Below, in pieces: positions 47,509 through 58,886 of a DNA stretch of 64,000 bases (positions within the stretch are counted from its first letter, which is position 1; each line of letters starts with the position of its first letter). The notes under the pieces are model-generated. The model ran no database searches. It was not told the origin of the DNA and saw nothing but the letters and a program-made list of their open reading frames with translations. The position numbers and the translations under genes were made by a program. Source of the stretch: Candidatus Latescibacterota bacterium (lineage in GTDB: Bacteria; Latescibacterota; UBA2968; UBA8231); contig CBDCSU010000004.1 in assembly GCA_965221775.1 (NCBI GenBank), positions 544,001 through 608,000 on the forward strand, written 5' to 3'.

Positions 47509-50500
47509 TCCGCGCCCGAGTCCGGCTGCTCCACCCCGGACATCGGTGGAGCCGCGGCCTCTCCGGCAACGTCCTTCCCGGCCGCCACGAGCGGCGGCTC
47601 CTCTGCCGGGCGGCCCCCTGAGGGCGGGGTCCGGTCCTCCCCCGCCTCCGGGAGAGGCGGCGCCATGGAGACCTCCACTTCCACCCAGGCGCGAACCGGC
47701 CTCTCGTCCACCCCTTCCGCGGGGTAGAAGGTGTAGCCTCCGACGGCGGCGAGGGCCGCCGCGGCGAAGGGCTCGTCTCCCCGATAGAGGGAGATCTCTT
47801 CGGCCTTTCCGGTCTCCGACACCAGCACGTCGACGAGAACGGTGCTCGAATCCGTCTGCCCCGGCGGGTACTCCGGCGGGGGGGTGGAGCGTACCATGGG
47901 AGGCTCGGCGACACCGAAGTAGCGCAGGGGCATCTCCAGATGCTCATCCTCCGGCTCGAGCTCCAGCCGCTCCAACTGGTCGATGTCGAGGGGTTCGGAC
48001 TCCGCCGTGTCGAGTCCGGGAAACCGGAGCAGCAGCTCGCCGACACCGGCCGACTCCCGGTCCCTGCGGAGGATGGTGCGGAGATAGCTGTTGGCCGAGT
48101 CCGCCTGGCCCCGCCGCACGTGGTAGGCGAAGAGCCGGTAATGAGGGAGGATGGACCTGGATCTCTGCTTCAGGGCCCGGCGCATGTAGTCGACGGCGTC
48201 CTCCAGGTATCCCTGGCGCCAGTTGCCCTCCCCCAGGCCGACGACGGGCTCGGTGTTGGCGGTCTGCATCTCGTCGAGACTGAGCTCGAACAGCTCCCGG
48301 GCGGTGCTGAAGTCCCCCCGGCGCACGGCGCGCATGCCGAAACCCACGTGGTTCTTCGCCCTCGAAACGGAATCCTCGATCACCGGCTCGACACCGACCA
48401 GGAGGAGGTGGTCTCCCGGACCGGTGCCCTCCCTCAGGCTCCTCAACTCGCGCTCGAGGCGGTCCACCACTCCGTCCCGTTCGGCCTGTCGCCGGCGTTG
48501 GACCAGATCGGCGTGCCTGGTCCCCGGATAGTGGGCAAGGACCGAGTCGTACCTCCCCGCGGCACCCGTGGAGTCCCCCTGGAGATTCTCGGCGGCCCAG
48601 GCGGCCAGGAAGATCGCCCGCCCGGAGACCTTTGTCCCAGGATAGGCGCCGGCCAGCTCATCCAGCCGGGGAACCCAGCGAGCCGGCTCATCCGGGAAGT
48701 CCAGACGCATCCGCTCGATATCGTCGAAGATCCGGGCCGCCTGCTCCTCCGCCGACGCCTGCGCCGCCAGTCCGAGATACCGCCGCGCGGCGCTGGCGTG
48801 CTCCGTGGCCGGATGGCCGGCCACCAGGCGCTCGAGGACAGGCCGGGCCGCCACCGTGTCCGCCTTCTGCTCGATGTGGGTCCACGCCAGGTTGTAGAGG
48901 GCCCTGGGAATCTCGCGGGACCCGGGAAAGCGGTCGGCGATGGCCTGGTAGAGCACCGCCGCCGAATCGGGGAGCCCCAGGCGGTCGCGGTAGACTTCGG
49001 CGGCCGAGAACAGGTTGTCCATGAGGGTTGGCGGCCGGTCCGCGCCAGGCCGGCGCGCCTGCAGCAGCCGCCGGCGCCTTTCCCGGGCCCTCTCCTCGGC
49101 CCCCGGGCCTTCCTCCAGGGGCGGGCGGGCCACGAGCGGCACCCACCCGCCGAGGGAATCCCGGGCCACCACGTAGCCCTCAAGCCCAAGAGGGTCCTCC
49201 GGCTCTTGCGGCTCCGGAGGCGAAGCCTGGACGGCGGTGGAATCGGCGTCGGCACCATGGGGAATCGTCGCGGCGGAGCTGTCTGCCCCGGCGGTCGACC
49301 GAGCCGCCGCGAGCAGGCTGTCCACGGCAGTCCCTGCCCGGGCCTCCGTGGCGACACTGTCCATCGCACCCGTCCGGATCGAGCTGGTGGAGATCTCGGG
49401 TCCTCCGGCCCCGGCGGCAGTCGAGGCGGCGGGCATGGCGGCGGCGGCAACCGTCGTATCCGGCCCCGTCGAGGCGTCCGTCACCGGTCCTCGACTGGCG
49501 CGGGGGTCCGCGGGAAGGACGTCGGGCGCCGGGGCTGCCTCCGTGCCGGGCCGCGCTCGTACCGAATCCGGAGCCGTGGCCGCACCGACGGCAGCCATGG
49601 AGTCCGCCTTGCCGGGCTCCGCTTGCAGCGAATCGACGGCCGGGCCCATGGGCAGGGCCGCGGCCGTGGAGTCCGCCCGGTAGATCTCGTCGAGCAGAGC
49701 GTCCAGCCGATCCGTGGTCTGGAGCATCACCCCGGCCAGTGAGTCACCCTCGGACCCTCGGCGCTCCTGGCCCACCTCCCTGAAGTACTCCTGGGCCTGC
49801 TGCCGGTCGCCGCGGTCCTGCAGGTAGACCAGGCCCGTCTGGTAGAGCGCCATGGCGGACACCCCGGTGCCCGGGAAGTCGTTGCGCACACGCTCGAACT
49901 CGTCCAGCGCCGCCGAGGGAGCTCCGCTCTCCCGGTGGTAGCGGCCTATCAGGATCCGCGTCTCCCCCTCCCAGGGGCGGAATCGCCCTTCCCGGAGCAG
50001 GGACCGGTAGGCTTCGAGGGCGGCAGCCGATGCGCCCTGGTGGTAGAGCACGAGGCCGCGATTCAGGCGGGCCCGGTACTGCACCGAGTCCGCCCGAGCC
50101 TCGTCGATGGCACGCTCGTAGGCGACGGCGGCGCTGTCGAGATCGTTCGGACCGCCCAGGGAGAGGTGGGCGTTGCCGATCCGCAGCCACAACCGGTCGG
50201 ACAGAGGGGTCCTGGGGAAAGCCCCGAGACTCGTCCGGTAGTCCTGGATGGCGGCCCTCAGGTCCCCCCCCGCGAAGGCCATGTCGCCGAGCTCCATACC
50301 GGCGCGGCCGCCGACGTCGCTGCCCTCCAGGATCAGGGCGGTGAAGAGGGCCCGGGCCTCTCCCACCTCGCCCTGCTCGCGCAGGCATCGCGCCCGCCAG
50401 AGCCGGGCCCGGTCGACGTACTCGCTGTCGGGGAAGTTCCGCTCGAGATCCTCGAACGACCTGGCTCCGTAGGCGTAGTCCCGCTGCCAGTAGAGCGCCC

Positions 50501-50801
50501 GGCCGGCGAGGAACATGGCGTCGTCGACGAGCTCGCTGTCGGGGTACTTCTCCAGAACGATCGAGGCCTTGCGAACGGCCTTGTCGTACAGGCCCTGGTA
50601 GCTGCCGCCCCGCCTCCCGCGGCCGGACGGCCGGCCCGCCTCCGAGCCCGCGCGCTCCTCTTCCACCTCGGCGCGGGCCTTCTCGGCCTGCCGAAAGAAC
50701 TTCTCGGCGTTGTAGTAGGTGTTGAAGTAGACGCACGACGCACTCGACGTGAGGACCAGTCCCGCCGCCAGGGCCAGGTGGACCGGCCGCCGGTCAGCCA
50801 C
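47505..50801 (-). CDS. TPR-repeat lipoprotein with low-complexity linker and C-terminal TonB-like domain
   Basis: Signal peptide then [13 protein letters not shown]-like repeats, [29 protein letters not shown]. Confidence 0.8.
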   Translation of the reverse strand: MADRRPVHLALAAGLVLTSSASCVYFNTYYNAEKFFRQAEKARAEVEEERAGSEAGRPSGRGRRGGSYQGLYDKAVRKASIVLEKYPDSELVDDAMFLAGRALYWQRDYAYGARSFEDLERNFPDSEYVDRARLWRARCLREQGEVGEARALFTALILEGSDVGGRAGMELGDMAFAGGDLRAAIQDYRTSLGAFPRTPLSDRLWLRIGNAHLSLGGPNDLDSAAVAYERAIDEARADSVQYRARLNRGLVLYHQGASAAALEAYRSLLREGRFRPWEGETRILIGRYHRESGAPSAALDEFERVRNDFPGTGVSAMALYQTGLVYLQDRGDRQQAQEYFREVGQERRGSEGDSLAGVMLQTTDRLDALLDEIYRADSTAAALPMGPAVDSLQAEPGKADSMAAVGAATAPDSVRARPGTEAAPAPDVLPADPRASRGPVTDASTGPDTTVAAAAMPAASTAAGAGGPEISTSSIRTGAMDSVATEARAGTAVDSLLAAARSTAGADSSAATIPHGADADSTAVQASPPEPQEPEDPLGLEGYVVARDSLGGWVPLVARPPLEEGPGAEERARERRRRLLQARRPGADRPPTLMDNLFSAAEVYRDRLGLPDSAAVLYQAIADRFPGSREIPRALYNLAWTHIEQKADTVAARPVLERLVAGHPATEHASAARRYLGLAAQASAEEQAARIFDDIERMRLDFPDEPARWVPRLDELAGAYPGTKVSGRAIFLAAWAAENLQGDSTGAAGRYDSVLAHYPGTRHADLVQRRRQAERDGVVDRLERELRSLREGTGPGDHLLLVGVEPVIEDSVSRAKNHVGFGMRAVRRGDFSTARELFELSLDEMQTANTEPVVGLGEGNWRQGYLEDAVDYMRRALKQRSRSILPHYRLFAYHVRRGQADSANSYLRTILRRDRESAGVGELLLRFPGLDTAESEPLDIDQLERLELEPEDEHLEMPLRYFGVAEPPMVRSTPPPEYPPGQTDSSTVLVDVLVSETGKAEEISLYRGDEPFAAAALAAVGGYTFYPAEGVDERPVRAWVEVEVSMAPPLPEAGEDRTPPSGGRPAEEPPLVAAGKDVAGEAAAPPMSGVEQPDSGAE

Positions 50802-53800
50802 CGTGGTAGTCCTGCAGCGCCCGGACCGATATGGCGGTGCGCAGCAGGGCCTCGATGCCGTCGGCGGCGGCCTCCGCGCCGGCCAGGGTCGTCGTGTAGG
50901 GCACGCCGTTCATGATCGCCGCCTGGCGGACGTAGGCGTCGTCATACTGGCTCTGCTCGTCTTCGGGGGAATTGATGACCAGGGCGACCTCCCGGCCCCG
51001 GATCGCGTCCTCCACGTGGGGGTGCCCTTCATGGATCTTCAGGATCTTCTCCGCCTCGATCCCGTGACGCTCGAGATGGATTCGGGTGCCCGCCGTGGCC
51101 ACGAGTTCGAATCCGGCGGCGCTCAGTCGGCGCGCCACGTCGACGATGCCCGCCTTGTCGCGGTCGTTGACGCTGATGAAGACCCGCCCCCTGGAAGGCA
51201 GCATCGACCCGGCCCCCATCTGGGCCTTGAGGAAGGCCTCGCCGAACTCGGCGCCGATCCCCATGACCTCGCCGGTGGACTTCATCTCGGGACCGAGGAT
51301 GCCATCGGCCCCGGGGAACTTGCTGAAGGGCAGGACCGCCTCCTTCACGGAGATGTGAACGGGCGCCGGCGCGTCGGCGAATCCCTGCTCGCGCAGGCTG
51401 CGTCCGACCATGACGCGGGCGGCGATCTTCGCGAGGGGACGGCCCGTGGCCTTGCTCACGAAGGGGACCGTGCGCGAGGCCCGGGGATTGACCTCGAGGA
51501 CGTGGACGAGATCCTGGTGGATGGCGTACTGCACGTTCATCAGTCCCTTCACATCGAGGGCCCTTGCCAGGTCCCGCGTGTGGTCCTCGAGGGCTCGCAG
51601 GTGGTCCGGCGCGATATCGTGCGGCGGCAGGACGCAGGCCGAGTCGCCGGAGTGGACGCCGGCGTGCTCGATGTGCTGCATGACGCCGCCGATCAGCACG
51701 TCGCCGTCGGCGTCGGCCACCGCGTCGACGTCGAACTCCCGGGCCCCTTCGAGAAAACGATCGATCAGCACCGGATGTTCCGGTGAGGCGGAGATCGCCG
51801 AGGTGATGTACGACTCCAGGCGGGCCTCGTCGTAGACGGTGACCATGGCCCGCCCACCGAGGACGTAGGAGGGCCGCACGAGGACGGGGTAGCCGATGCG
51901 CTCGGCGATCTCCCGCGCCTCGGGGAGGGAGCGGGCCATGCCGTTTTCCGGCTGGCGGATCCCCAGCCGGCGCAGCAGGTTGCCGAAGTGCTCGCGATCC
52001 TCCGCCAAGTCGATGCTGCGCGGCGACGTGCCGATGACGGGGACGCCGTTGGCCTCCAGCTCGAGAGCCAGATTGAGGGGAGTCTGCCCGCCGAACTGGA
52101 CGATGACGCCCTCGGGCCGCTCGTGCTCGACGATGTGGAGGACGTCCTCGACTGTGAGGGGCTCGAAGTAGAGCTTGTCCGCCGTGTCGTAGTCGGTGCT
52201 CACCGTCTCCGGGTTGGAGTTGACCATGATCGTCTCGAAGCCGTCCTCGCGGAGGGCGAAGCAGGCGTGGACGCAGCAGTAGTCGAACTCGATTCCCTGG
52301 CCGATCCGGTTGGGCCCGCCCCCGAGGATCATCACCTTGCGGCGCCCGGACCGGGCCTCCGACTCGTTCTCCCGTTCGTACGTGGAATAATGGTACGGCG
52401 TGTGGGCCTCGAACTCGGCGGCGCAGGTGTCGACGGTCTTGAACACGGGGCGCACGCCCTGCTCCCGTCGCGCCTCCCGGACCTGCGACTCGGTGCGCCC
52501 CGCCAGGTAACCCAGTTGGCGGTCGCTGAAGCCCAGGGCCTTGGCCGCCCGCAGACGCTCCCCGTCCCCAAGGAGCCCCTCTCGCGCCTGCCGCAGCTCG
52601 CCCTCGGCCTGGAAGATCTCGGCCAGGCGGTCGATGAACCAGGGATCGATGCGGCTGAGGCGATGGATCTCTTCGGGGGCGAAGCCCTTGTGCAGGGCGG
52701 CATTGAGATGGAAAAGCCTCTGCGAGCTCGGACGGGCCAGGTGGCCGCGGATCTCGGCGTCCGGAATCTCCAGGGTTTCCTCGACTTGGCCGTCAGCGCC
52801 CCAGCCTCCCCGGCCGATCTCCAGCGACCGCAGGCCCTTCTGGAAGGACTCCGCAAAGGTGCGGCCCACGGCCATCGTCTCTCCCACCGAGCGCATCTGG
52901 GTGTCGAGGGCGTCCGGCGTGGATGGGAACTTCTCGAAGGCCCACCGCGGAATCTTGGTCACCACGTAGTCGATGGTGGGCTCGAAGGAGGCGGGCGTCT
53001 CCCGGGTGATGTCGTTGGGGATCTCGTCGAGGGTGTACCCCACGGCCAGCTTGGCGGCGATCTTGGCGATGGGGAAGCCCGTGGCCTTGGACGCCAGGGC
53101 GGAGCTGCGCGAGACCCGGGGATTCATCTCGATGACCACCATGCGGCCCGTCTCCGGGTCGACGGCGAACTGGATGTTCGACCCGCCCGTGTCGACGCCG
53201 ATCTTCCGGATGACCCGGATGGCGGCATCGCGCATGGCCTGGTACTCCTTGTCGGACAAGGTCTGCGCCGGAGCGACAGTGATCGAATCGCCCGTGTGCA
53301 CCCCCATGGGATCGAGATTCTCGATGGAGCAGATGATGACGACATTGTCGTTCAGGTCGCGCATCACCTCGAGCTCGAACTCCTTCCAGCCGAGAACGGA
53401 CTCCTCTATCAGGACCTCCGCAATCGGACTCAGATCGAGGCCCCGCCTGACGATGCGCTCGAACTCCTGCGCGTCGTGCGCGATCCCGCCACCCGACCCG
53501 CCCAGGGTGTAGGAGGGCCGAATGATGGCAGGATAGCCCAGGCTGTCGACCAGTCCCGCGGCCTCTTCGACGGAGTGGACGAAATGCCCGGCGGGCATTT
53601 CCAGCCCCGACTCGTCCATCGCCTTCTTGAACAGCTCCCGATCCTCCGCCGTGCGGATCGCCTCGAGCCGGGCCCCGATCAGCTCCACGCCGTGCTCTTC
53701 GAGCACCCCGGACTCGGCAAGCTCCACCGCCCGGTTCAAAGCCGTCTGTCCGCCCACGGTGGGCAGGAGGGCATCCGGTCTCTCGATCTCGATGATCTCG

Positions 53801-54024
53801 GCGCAGGCCTCGGCGGTGATGGGCTCCACGTAGGTCCGGTGCGCCGTCTCCGGGTCGGTCATGATCGTGGCGGGATTGCTGTTGACGAGGACGATCTCGT
53901 AGCCCTCCTCGCGCAGGGCCTTGCAGGCCTGCGTGCCGGAGTAGTCGAACTCACAGGCCTGGCCGATGACGATCGGACCGGAACCGATGAGCATGATCTT
54001 GTGCAGGTCGTCTCGACGAGGCAT
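50794..54024 (-). CDS. carB: Carbamoyl-phosphate synthase large subunit
   Basis: [47 protein letters not shown] domain. Confidence 0.99.
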   Translation of the reverse strand: MPRRDDLHKIMLIGSGPIVIGQACEFDYSGTQACKALREEGYEIVLVNSNPATIMTDPETAHRTYVEPITAEACAEIIEIERPDALLPTVGGQTALNRAVELAESGVLEEHGVELIGARLEAIRTAEDRELFKKAMDESGLEMPAGHFVHSVEEAAGLVDSLGYPAIIRPSYTLGGSGGGIAHDAQEFERIVRRGLDLSPIAEVLIEESVLGWKEFELEVMRDLNDNVVIICSIENLDPMGVHTGDSITVAPAQTLSDKEYQAMRDAAIRVIRKIGVDTGGSNIQFAVDPETGRMVVIEMNPRVSRSSALASKATGFPIAKIAAKLAVGYTLDEIPNDITRETPASFEPTIDYVVTKIPRWAFEKFPSTPDALDTQMRSVGETMAVGRTFAESFQKGLRSLEIGRGGWGADGQVEETLEIPDAEIRGHLARPSSQRLFHLNAALHKGFAPEEIHRLSRIDPWFIDRLAEIFQAEGELRQAREGLLGDGERLRAAKALGFSDRQLGYLAGRTESQVREARREQGVRPVFKTVDTCAAEFEAHTPYHYSTYERENESEARSGRRKVMILGGGPNRIGQGIEFDYCCVHACFALREDGFETIMVNSNPETVSTDYDTADKLYFEPLTVEDVLHIVEHERPEGVIVQFGGQTPLNLALELEANGVPVIGTSPRSIDLAEDREHFGNLLRRLGIRQPENGMARSLPEAREIAERIGYPVLVRPSYVLGGRAMVTVYDEARLESYITSAISASPEHPVLIDRFLEGAREFDVDAVADADGDVLIGGVMQHIEHAGVHSGDSACVLPPHDIAPDHLRALEDHTRDLARALDVKGLMNVQYAIHQDLVHVLEVNPRASRTVPFVSKATGRPLAKIAARVMVGRSLREQGFADAPAPVHISVKEAVLPFSKFPGADGILGPEMKSTGEVMGIGAEFGEAFLKAQMGAGSMLPSRGRVFISVNDRDKAGIVDVARRLSAAGFELVATAGTRIHLERHGIEAEKILKIHEGHPHVEDAIRGREVALVINSPEDEQSQYDDAYVRQAAIMNGVPYTTTLAGAEAAADGIEALLRTAISVRALQDYHGG

Positions 54025-54211
54025 GCTCGGGGGTCACCCCATCCGTGGGTACGCAGGCAACAGATGGTCGGTCGGGGAAAGGTCGGCCAGTGCCGGGACA
54101 GGCCAAGCCGGATATGGCGAGAGCAGGAGCACCCTGGGCACGCCTGCTCGAAGACTCGACTGCACTGCGCCGGGCCGCAGGACCTGAGGAGACCTGCGCA
54201 CCATCGCCCGC

Positions 54212-54769
54212 CTAGTCCTGCATGAGTCCCAACCAGACCAGCAGGATGATCAGGGCGATGGTCGCCGCGTATCCCAGCCGAAGAAACCGATCGCGGAGCA
54301 GGGCCCCGTCGATGGACCCGGATGCCGGCCACCGCAGGGGGCGGAAGGCCGCCCGGTCTCTCGGAGGCTCCTCGCCGTCGCTCTGGAACCGGTGCGCATC
54401 GATCAGGCGCACGAGGGAAGGATCGTGCTCGGCGATAGCGCGCAGGATCGACCGCTTGCGGCGCGCCACCCTCTCGGAGAGCTCCTTCGAGGACGCTGCC
54501 CGCCCCTCCTCTGCCGGCTCTTCGACATCGCCCACCGGAACCTCGCCCGGGCCTCCCTCGGCCCGGCCCGCGATGAGCACGGTCTGCTCGTGGGCCAAGC
54601 TCTCGGAGAGCTCGCTGACGACCGCTCGATCCTTGACGTTTTCCTGGATGACGGCGAAGCAGGCGTCGATGAAGCGCTTGAAATCCTGCCGGATCTCGTG
54701 CTCGGAAAGGCCGAGGAGGTACGACTCCTCGATCATCTCCTCGATCGCCTCTTTGACCTTCGACGACAT
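54212..54769 (-). CDS. Hypothetical protein with C-terminal membrane anchor
   Basis: ATG after AGGA, acidic helical N-terminus, hydrophobic C-terminus (YAATIALIILLVWLGLM). Confidence 0.6.
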   Translation of the reverse strand: MSSKVKEAIEEMIEESYLLGLSEHEIRQDFKRFIDACFAVIQENVKDRAVVSELSESLAHEQTVLIAGRAEGGPGEVPVGDVEEPAEEGRAASSKELSERVARRKRSILRAIAEHDPSLVRLIDAHRFQSDGEEPPRDRAAFRPLRWPASGSIDGALLRDRFLRLGYAATIALIILLVWLGLMQD

Positions 54770-54878
54770 ATCCTGAACCTGCCCCGGGCGGAGAAAACCG
54801 GTGGTCCGGAGGCTCATTGACAAAGGGCGGCCCCGAACGCGGGGCAGGGCGGATCTCTACCGGCAACAACAGCCGGTT

Positions 54879-54907
54879 ACGTTACTCGATCCCTCCGGGA
54901 GTGTCAA
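54879..54907 (-). promoter_or_regulatory. Sigma70-type promoter overlapping the nnr stop codon
   Basis: Minus strand TTGACA-17 nt-TAACGT. Confidence 0.55.
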
Positions 54908-56475
54908 GAAACGGCCCTCTGGCCGGTGACCTCCAGCATGGCTGGCGGGATCCGCTCGGCGAGATCCGTGGCTCGCATCGACCAGGGCCCCAGCCGATCG
55001 CGCGCGAGGTCGCCGGCGAGGCCGTGAACGAAGACGGCACAGGCCGCCGCCGCCAAGGACCCGGCCCCCTGGGCGAGGAAGCCCGCCACCAGTCCGGTAA
55101 GCACATCCCCCGACCCCGCCGTGGCCATTCCGTCGTTGCCCGTGGGATTGACGAAGGTGTTCCCGTCGGGAGCGGCGACCACGGTGGGCGCCCCCTTGAG
55201 CACGAGAACCACCGATCGGGAGACGGCGAAATCCGCGGCCAGGCCAAGGGGCTCCTCCGCGACCCGGGCGGGGTCGCAGCCGCTGAGCCGCTGGAACTCC
55301 CCCGCATGAGGGGTCAGCACCCTCTCCGCCTCGGGCAGCGGTCCTCCCCCCGAGAGGGCGTAGAGCGCGTCGGCGTCGATCACCGCCGGGGGGAGATCGG
55401 GACGCGACAGCAGGCGCCGCACCAGCTCGACGGTCTCGCGGTGGCGGCCGAGGCCGGGGCCGATGGCCAGGGCCTGGGCCCTGTCCAGGAGACGCTCCAC
55501 CTCCCCGAGGGCCCTCAGCGACAGGCAGCGCGACCGGCGCACCTCGGGAAGGGGCCGGGTCATCACCTCCGTCAACTTGGTCTCCAGGATGTCGTGCAGG
55601 CTCGCCGGGGCGCCGAGCCGCACCCGCCCGGCCCCCGCCCTCAGCGCCGCGTCGGCCGTCAGGCAGGCGGCCCCCGTCATCCCCTCGGAGCCGGCCACCA
55701 CGGTGACGGCCCCGCAGGAGCCCTTGTGGGCCACCGGGGACCGCCGCGGCAGGAGCCCGGCGATCCCCTCCCGGGTCAACAGATGGGTGGTGGCCGGGCA
55801 GCGGGCGATGGCGGCATCCGGGAAACCGATGTCAACCAGTTCCAGGGCTCCGCAATGGGCCCGTCCCGGGTGGAAGAGGTGGCCCACCTTCACCAGCCCG
55901 AAGGTGACTGTCAGCGCTGCCCTCACGCACGCGCCCGCCACCTCGCCCGTGTCCGCCTGGAGGCCGGAGGGCAGGTCGACGGCCACCACCGGCCGGCCGC
56001 AGTCGTTGATGGCGTCGATGGTCCGCGCCTCCGTCGGCCGGGGCCGGCCCCGCAGGCCGGTTCCCAGCAGGGCGTCCACCACGATGTCGGACTCGCCAAG
56101 GGCGGCCGTCAGGTCGTCCGGCGACGGCTGGACCACGGGGCCGGCCCGCGCTTCGAGCCGCTCGAGGTGATGGCCGGCATCTCCGGTGATCTGCTCCCGG
56201 GGCGCGGCGAGGTAGACGGCCGCGGGGACGCCCGCCTGCGCCAGGCGCCGCCCGACGACGAAGCCGTCGCCGCCGTTGTTTCCCTTGCCGCAGACGACGG
56301 CGACGCGCAGATCCTCCAGGCCGGACCAGCGCTCCTCCAGGATCCGCACGACGCCGGCCCCGGCCCGCTCCATCAACTCCGCTCCCGGCACACCCATCTC
56401 GATCGACAGGCGGTCGATGTCCGACATCTGCCCGCCGGTCACCAGCTTGGGGAATTCGATGGAGGCCAGGCTCAT
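54904..56475 (-). CDS. nnr: Bifunctional NAD(P)HX epimerase/dehydratase
   Basis: LMERAG, GKGNNGGDG, DALLGTG, DLPSG, TPHAGEF, ATAGSGDVL. Confidence 0.96.
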   Translation of the reverse strand: MSLASIEFPKLVTGGQMSDIDRLSIEMGVPGAELMERAGAGVVRILEERWSGLEDLRVAVVCGKGNNGGDGFVVGRRLAQAGVPAAVYLAAPREQITGDAGHHLERLEARAGPVVQPSPDDLTAALGESDIVVDALLGTGLRGRPRPTEARTIDAINDCGRPVVAVDLPSGLQADTGEVAGACVRAALTVTFGLVKVGHLFHPGRAHCGALELVDIGFPDAAIARCPATTHLLTREGIAGLLPRRSPVAHKGSCGAVTVVAGSEGMTGAACLTADAALRAGAGRVRLGAPASLHDILETKLTEVMTRPLPEVRRSRCLSLRALGEVERLLDRAQALAIGPGLGRHRETVELVRRLLSRPDLPPAVIDADALYALSGGGPLPEAERVLTPHAGEFQRLSGCDPARVAEEPLGLAADFAVSRSVVLVLKGAPTVVAAPDGNTFVNPTGNDGMATAGSGDVLTGLVAGFLAQGAGSLAAAACAVFVHGLAGDLARDRLGPWSMRATDLAERIPPAMLEVTGQRAVS

Positions 56476-56481
56476 GCAGAC

Positions 56482-57723
56482 TCAGTCGTGAGTGATACCG
56501 CGGACCAGGAAGTCGGCATAGGTCCTGGCCGTCTGCGCCAGGTCCCGGAGGCTCACCCTCTCGTCGGCGCCATGGGCCCGCTCGCCGTTCACCCCGTAGC
56601 CGATCCCGGGCAAGCCCGCGTCGACGAAGTAGTGAAGGTCGGTGAATCCCGTGGTCACCCGGTACTCGACGGCGTGGCGGCGGACGGCGCGCACGCTGCG
56701 GGCGAAGGATCTGGGCAAGACCCCGTCGTCACCGACGACGCAGGGCTCGATCCGCAGCAGCGGCCGCACCCGGTGGCGGGCCTCCGCCCGCGCGGCGGCC
56801 CTCGCCAGGGCCTCGACCAGCTCCGCCTCCGCGTCGGCCAGCCGCTCTCCGGGCAGGAGGCGGCGGTCGATGGTGAAGGCCGCCTTGCCGGGAACGGTGT
56901 TCACCTTCTGGTCCAGGCCGCCGCGGAAGACCCCCCCCACGTTGATGGTCGGTTGCCGGTTCCGTCCGTCGGGCCCCTCCCAGCCGCGGGAGGGGTTGCC
57001 GAGCCGACGCTTGATCGAGCGCAGGTCGTGGACCATCCCCGCCATCTTCTCGAAGGCGTTGACGCCCCGCTCGGGGCTGGAGGCGTGAGCCGACCGGCCC
57101 GCGACCTCCACCTCCAGCCACAGGACGCCGTTGTGGCCCAAGCCGACGCGGCTGCCCGAGGCGCCTTCGCACTCCACGGCGTAGTCGGCGTCGACGAGCC
57201 CCCTCTTGACGATCCAGCCGGCCCCCAGGGCCCCGCCCGTCTCCTCGTCCGCAGTGAAGGAGACCTCGACGTTCACCGCCGGATCGACGCGCGTATGTCG
57301 GAGGGACTGCAGGGCGCCCAGCAGGGCCGCGATCGACCCTTTCATGTCGCCGGCGCCGCGGCCGTACAGCCAGCCGCCCCGGGAGACCCCTTCGAAGGGG
57401 GCCGCCGCCGACCACTCGGCGGCGGCCACGGGCACGACATCGTAGTGGGCGTTGAAATGGATGGTCTCGTCGGCTCCGGTGTCCCAACGGGCGACGAGAT
57501 TGTACCTCGGGTAGTCGGAATCGACGCCGGCGGCCTCCACCTCTGCGTCCGGTACCCGGTGAACCACGGGACCCATGCCCAGAGCCCCCAGGCGGTCTCG
57601 CAGGTGCTCGACCATCGGCCGGTACCCCTCCCCCGGGGGATTGACGGTGGCCATCCTCACCATCTTGCGCAGGTCTCGCGCCAGGGCGGCGCGGCGCTGA
57701 TCGAGGTGTTCCAGGGGATTCAC
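56482..57723 (-). CDS. M20 family metallo-amidohydrolase (ArgE/DapE-like)
   Basis: HFNAHYDVV, GRGAGDMKG, DEETGG, AHGADE. Confidence 0.92.
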   Translation of the reverse strand: MNPLEHLDQRRAALARDLRKMVRMATVNPPGEGYRPMVEHLRDRLGALGMGPVVHRVPDAEVEAAGVDSDYPRYNLVARWDTGADETIHFNAHYDVVPVAAAEWSAAAPFEGVSRGGWLYGRGAGDMKGSIAALLGALQSLRHTRVDPAVNVEVSFTADEETGGALGAGWIVKRGLVDADYAVECEGASGSRVGLGHNGVLWLEVEVAGRSAHASSPERGVNAFEKMAGMVHDLRSIKRRLGNPSRGWEGPDGRNRQPTINVGGVFRGGLDQKVNTVPGKAAFTIDRRLLPGERLADAEAELVEALARAAARAEARHRVRPLLRIEPCVVGDDGVLPRSFARSVRAVRRHAVEYRVTTGFTDLHYFVDAGLPGIGYGVNGERAHGADERVSLRDLAQTARTYADFLVRGITHD

Positions 57724-58886
57724 GTCTTCCCTTCCTCCCGAAGCCGGGTGGAACTCACGTCCAGGCGGAACTCGGACTCGGGGATCTCCTCGAGGAGGTC
57801 GGCGAAGCCCTCCGGTACTCGGACATCGCCGAGTCCGCGGTATTCGCCCTCCCAGACCCTTCCCGAGACCAGGAAGCGAACCCCGAGGTGGCCAAGCTCC
57901 CGCAAGGCCCGGTCCATGTCGTCGCGGTGGCCGCCGTAGTACCCGGGCTCGAACAGGCGCACCGCCGTGTCGAAGCCGATGGCGAACCAGCAGCCGGGGA
58001 AGAGTCGGGCCTTGCCCAGGAAGGTCGGCTCACGAGTCAGCAGAAGTCTCCTGTCCCCCCGGGCCTGGCCGGCCCGCTCCAGGATCTGGCGGTACGCCAG
58101 CGGCCTCTTGTCCACGTTCTCCACGGAGATCTCGAAGCAGGCTCTCCGGCCGCTGAGCCGCTCCGCCGCCTCGGCGAGACCGAAGTGACCGGCGTGGAAG
58201 GGGTTGAAGGACCCGGCCACCAGGATCATTCCCTCGCCCGGCACCGCGGGTCGTCCGGAACCGCCGGAGGCCTCCATCTCCACCGCCTCCAGCCGGCCCC
58301 CCAGCAAGCCCTCCAGCGCCTCGTCGACGGCCGCCTCGGAGTCCTCCACCCGGACCCAGGAAGGCAGGACCGGTCCGCCGGCGGCATCTGCTTCGGCACC
58401 CGAGGCGGCGGCGCAGCGGGCGACGAGGACGGCGCTGAGAACCTCCTCCTGGGAGAGCCGGTCCGCGGCCCCCGGGTCGAACCGGAGGCTGGCAAAGCAG
58501 TAGGCGAGGGGTCCCCGGGCGCACACGAAGGCCCGGTCCCGCCCCTTGCGCACCCGGTCGGTGGCCAGTGCGGCAGTGGCCCCGGCGCCGACGGCCCCTT
58601 CATGCCGGGCCAGACGCCGGGCACGGGCCCTGGCCCTTGCGGCCAGAAGCCGGGCGGTCTCCTCCCGGACCCGGTGCGGGCCCGGTCTGCCGAGAAACTC
58701 GGCGATCGCCTCCGGGAGATACGGGACCTGGGCCTCGACCAGGGCGCGCGAGGCACCGGGATGATTGAGCAACCAGCTCACCCCTCGGGATCCTCCGCCG
58801 GTGACGGCGACGGCCAGGGGCCTGCCGGCCGCCAGGATGGCCTCCACCCTGTCCCAGGCCCAGGACTCGAGGGCCGACTCGGTCAC
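57720..58886 (-). CDS. CinA/PncC-like N-domain fused to HxGH nucleotidyltransferase (NadD-like)
   Basis: AVTGGG...PGASR N-domain; GSFNPFHAGH, NVDK, GFDTAVRL, SSTRLR; GTG at 58886. Confidence 0.75.
   Translation of the reverse strand: MTESALESWAWDRVEAILAAGRPLAVAVTGGGSRGVSWLLNHPGASRALVEAQVPYLPEAIAEFLGRPGPHRVREETARLLAARARARARRLARHEGAVGAGATAALATDRVRKGRDRAFVCARGPLAYCFASLRFDPGAADRLSQEEVLSAVLVARCAAASGAEADAAGGPVLPSWVRVEDSEAAVDEALEGLLGGRLEAVEMEASGGSGRPAVPGEGMILVAGSFNPFHAGHFGLAEAAERLSGRRACFEISVENVDKRPLAYRQILERAGQARGDRRLLLTREPTFLGKARLFPGCWFAIGFDTAVRLFEPGYYGGHRDDMDRALRELGHLGVRFLVSGRVWEGEYRGLGDVRVPEGFADLLEEIPESEFRLDVSSTRLREEGKT

Noticed and set aside
54817-57939. 1040-aa plus-strand ORF, and similar long antisense ORFs over rpoB, carB and the reductase
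   Set aside because: Shadow frames expected from high-GC codon bias opposite well-supported genes; no recognisable motifs.
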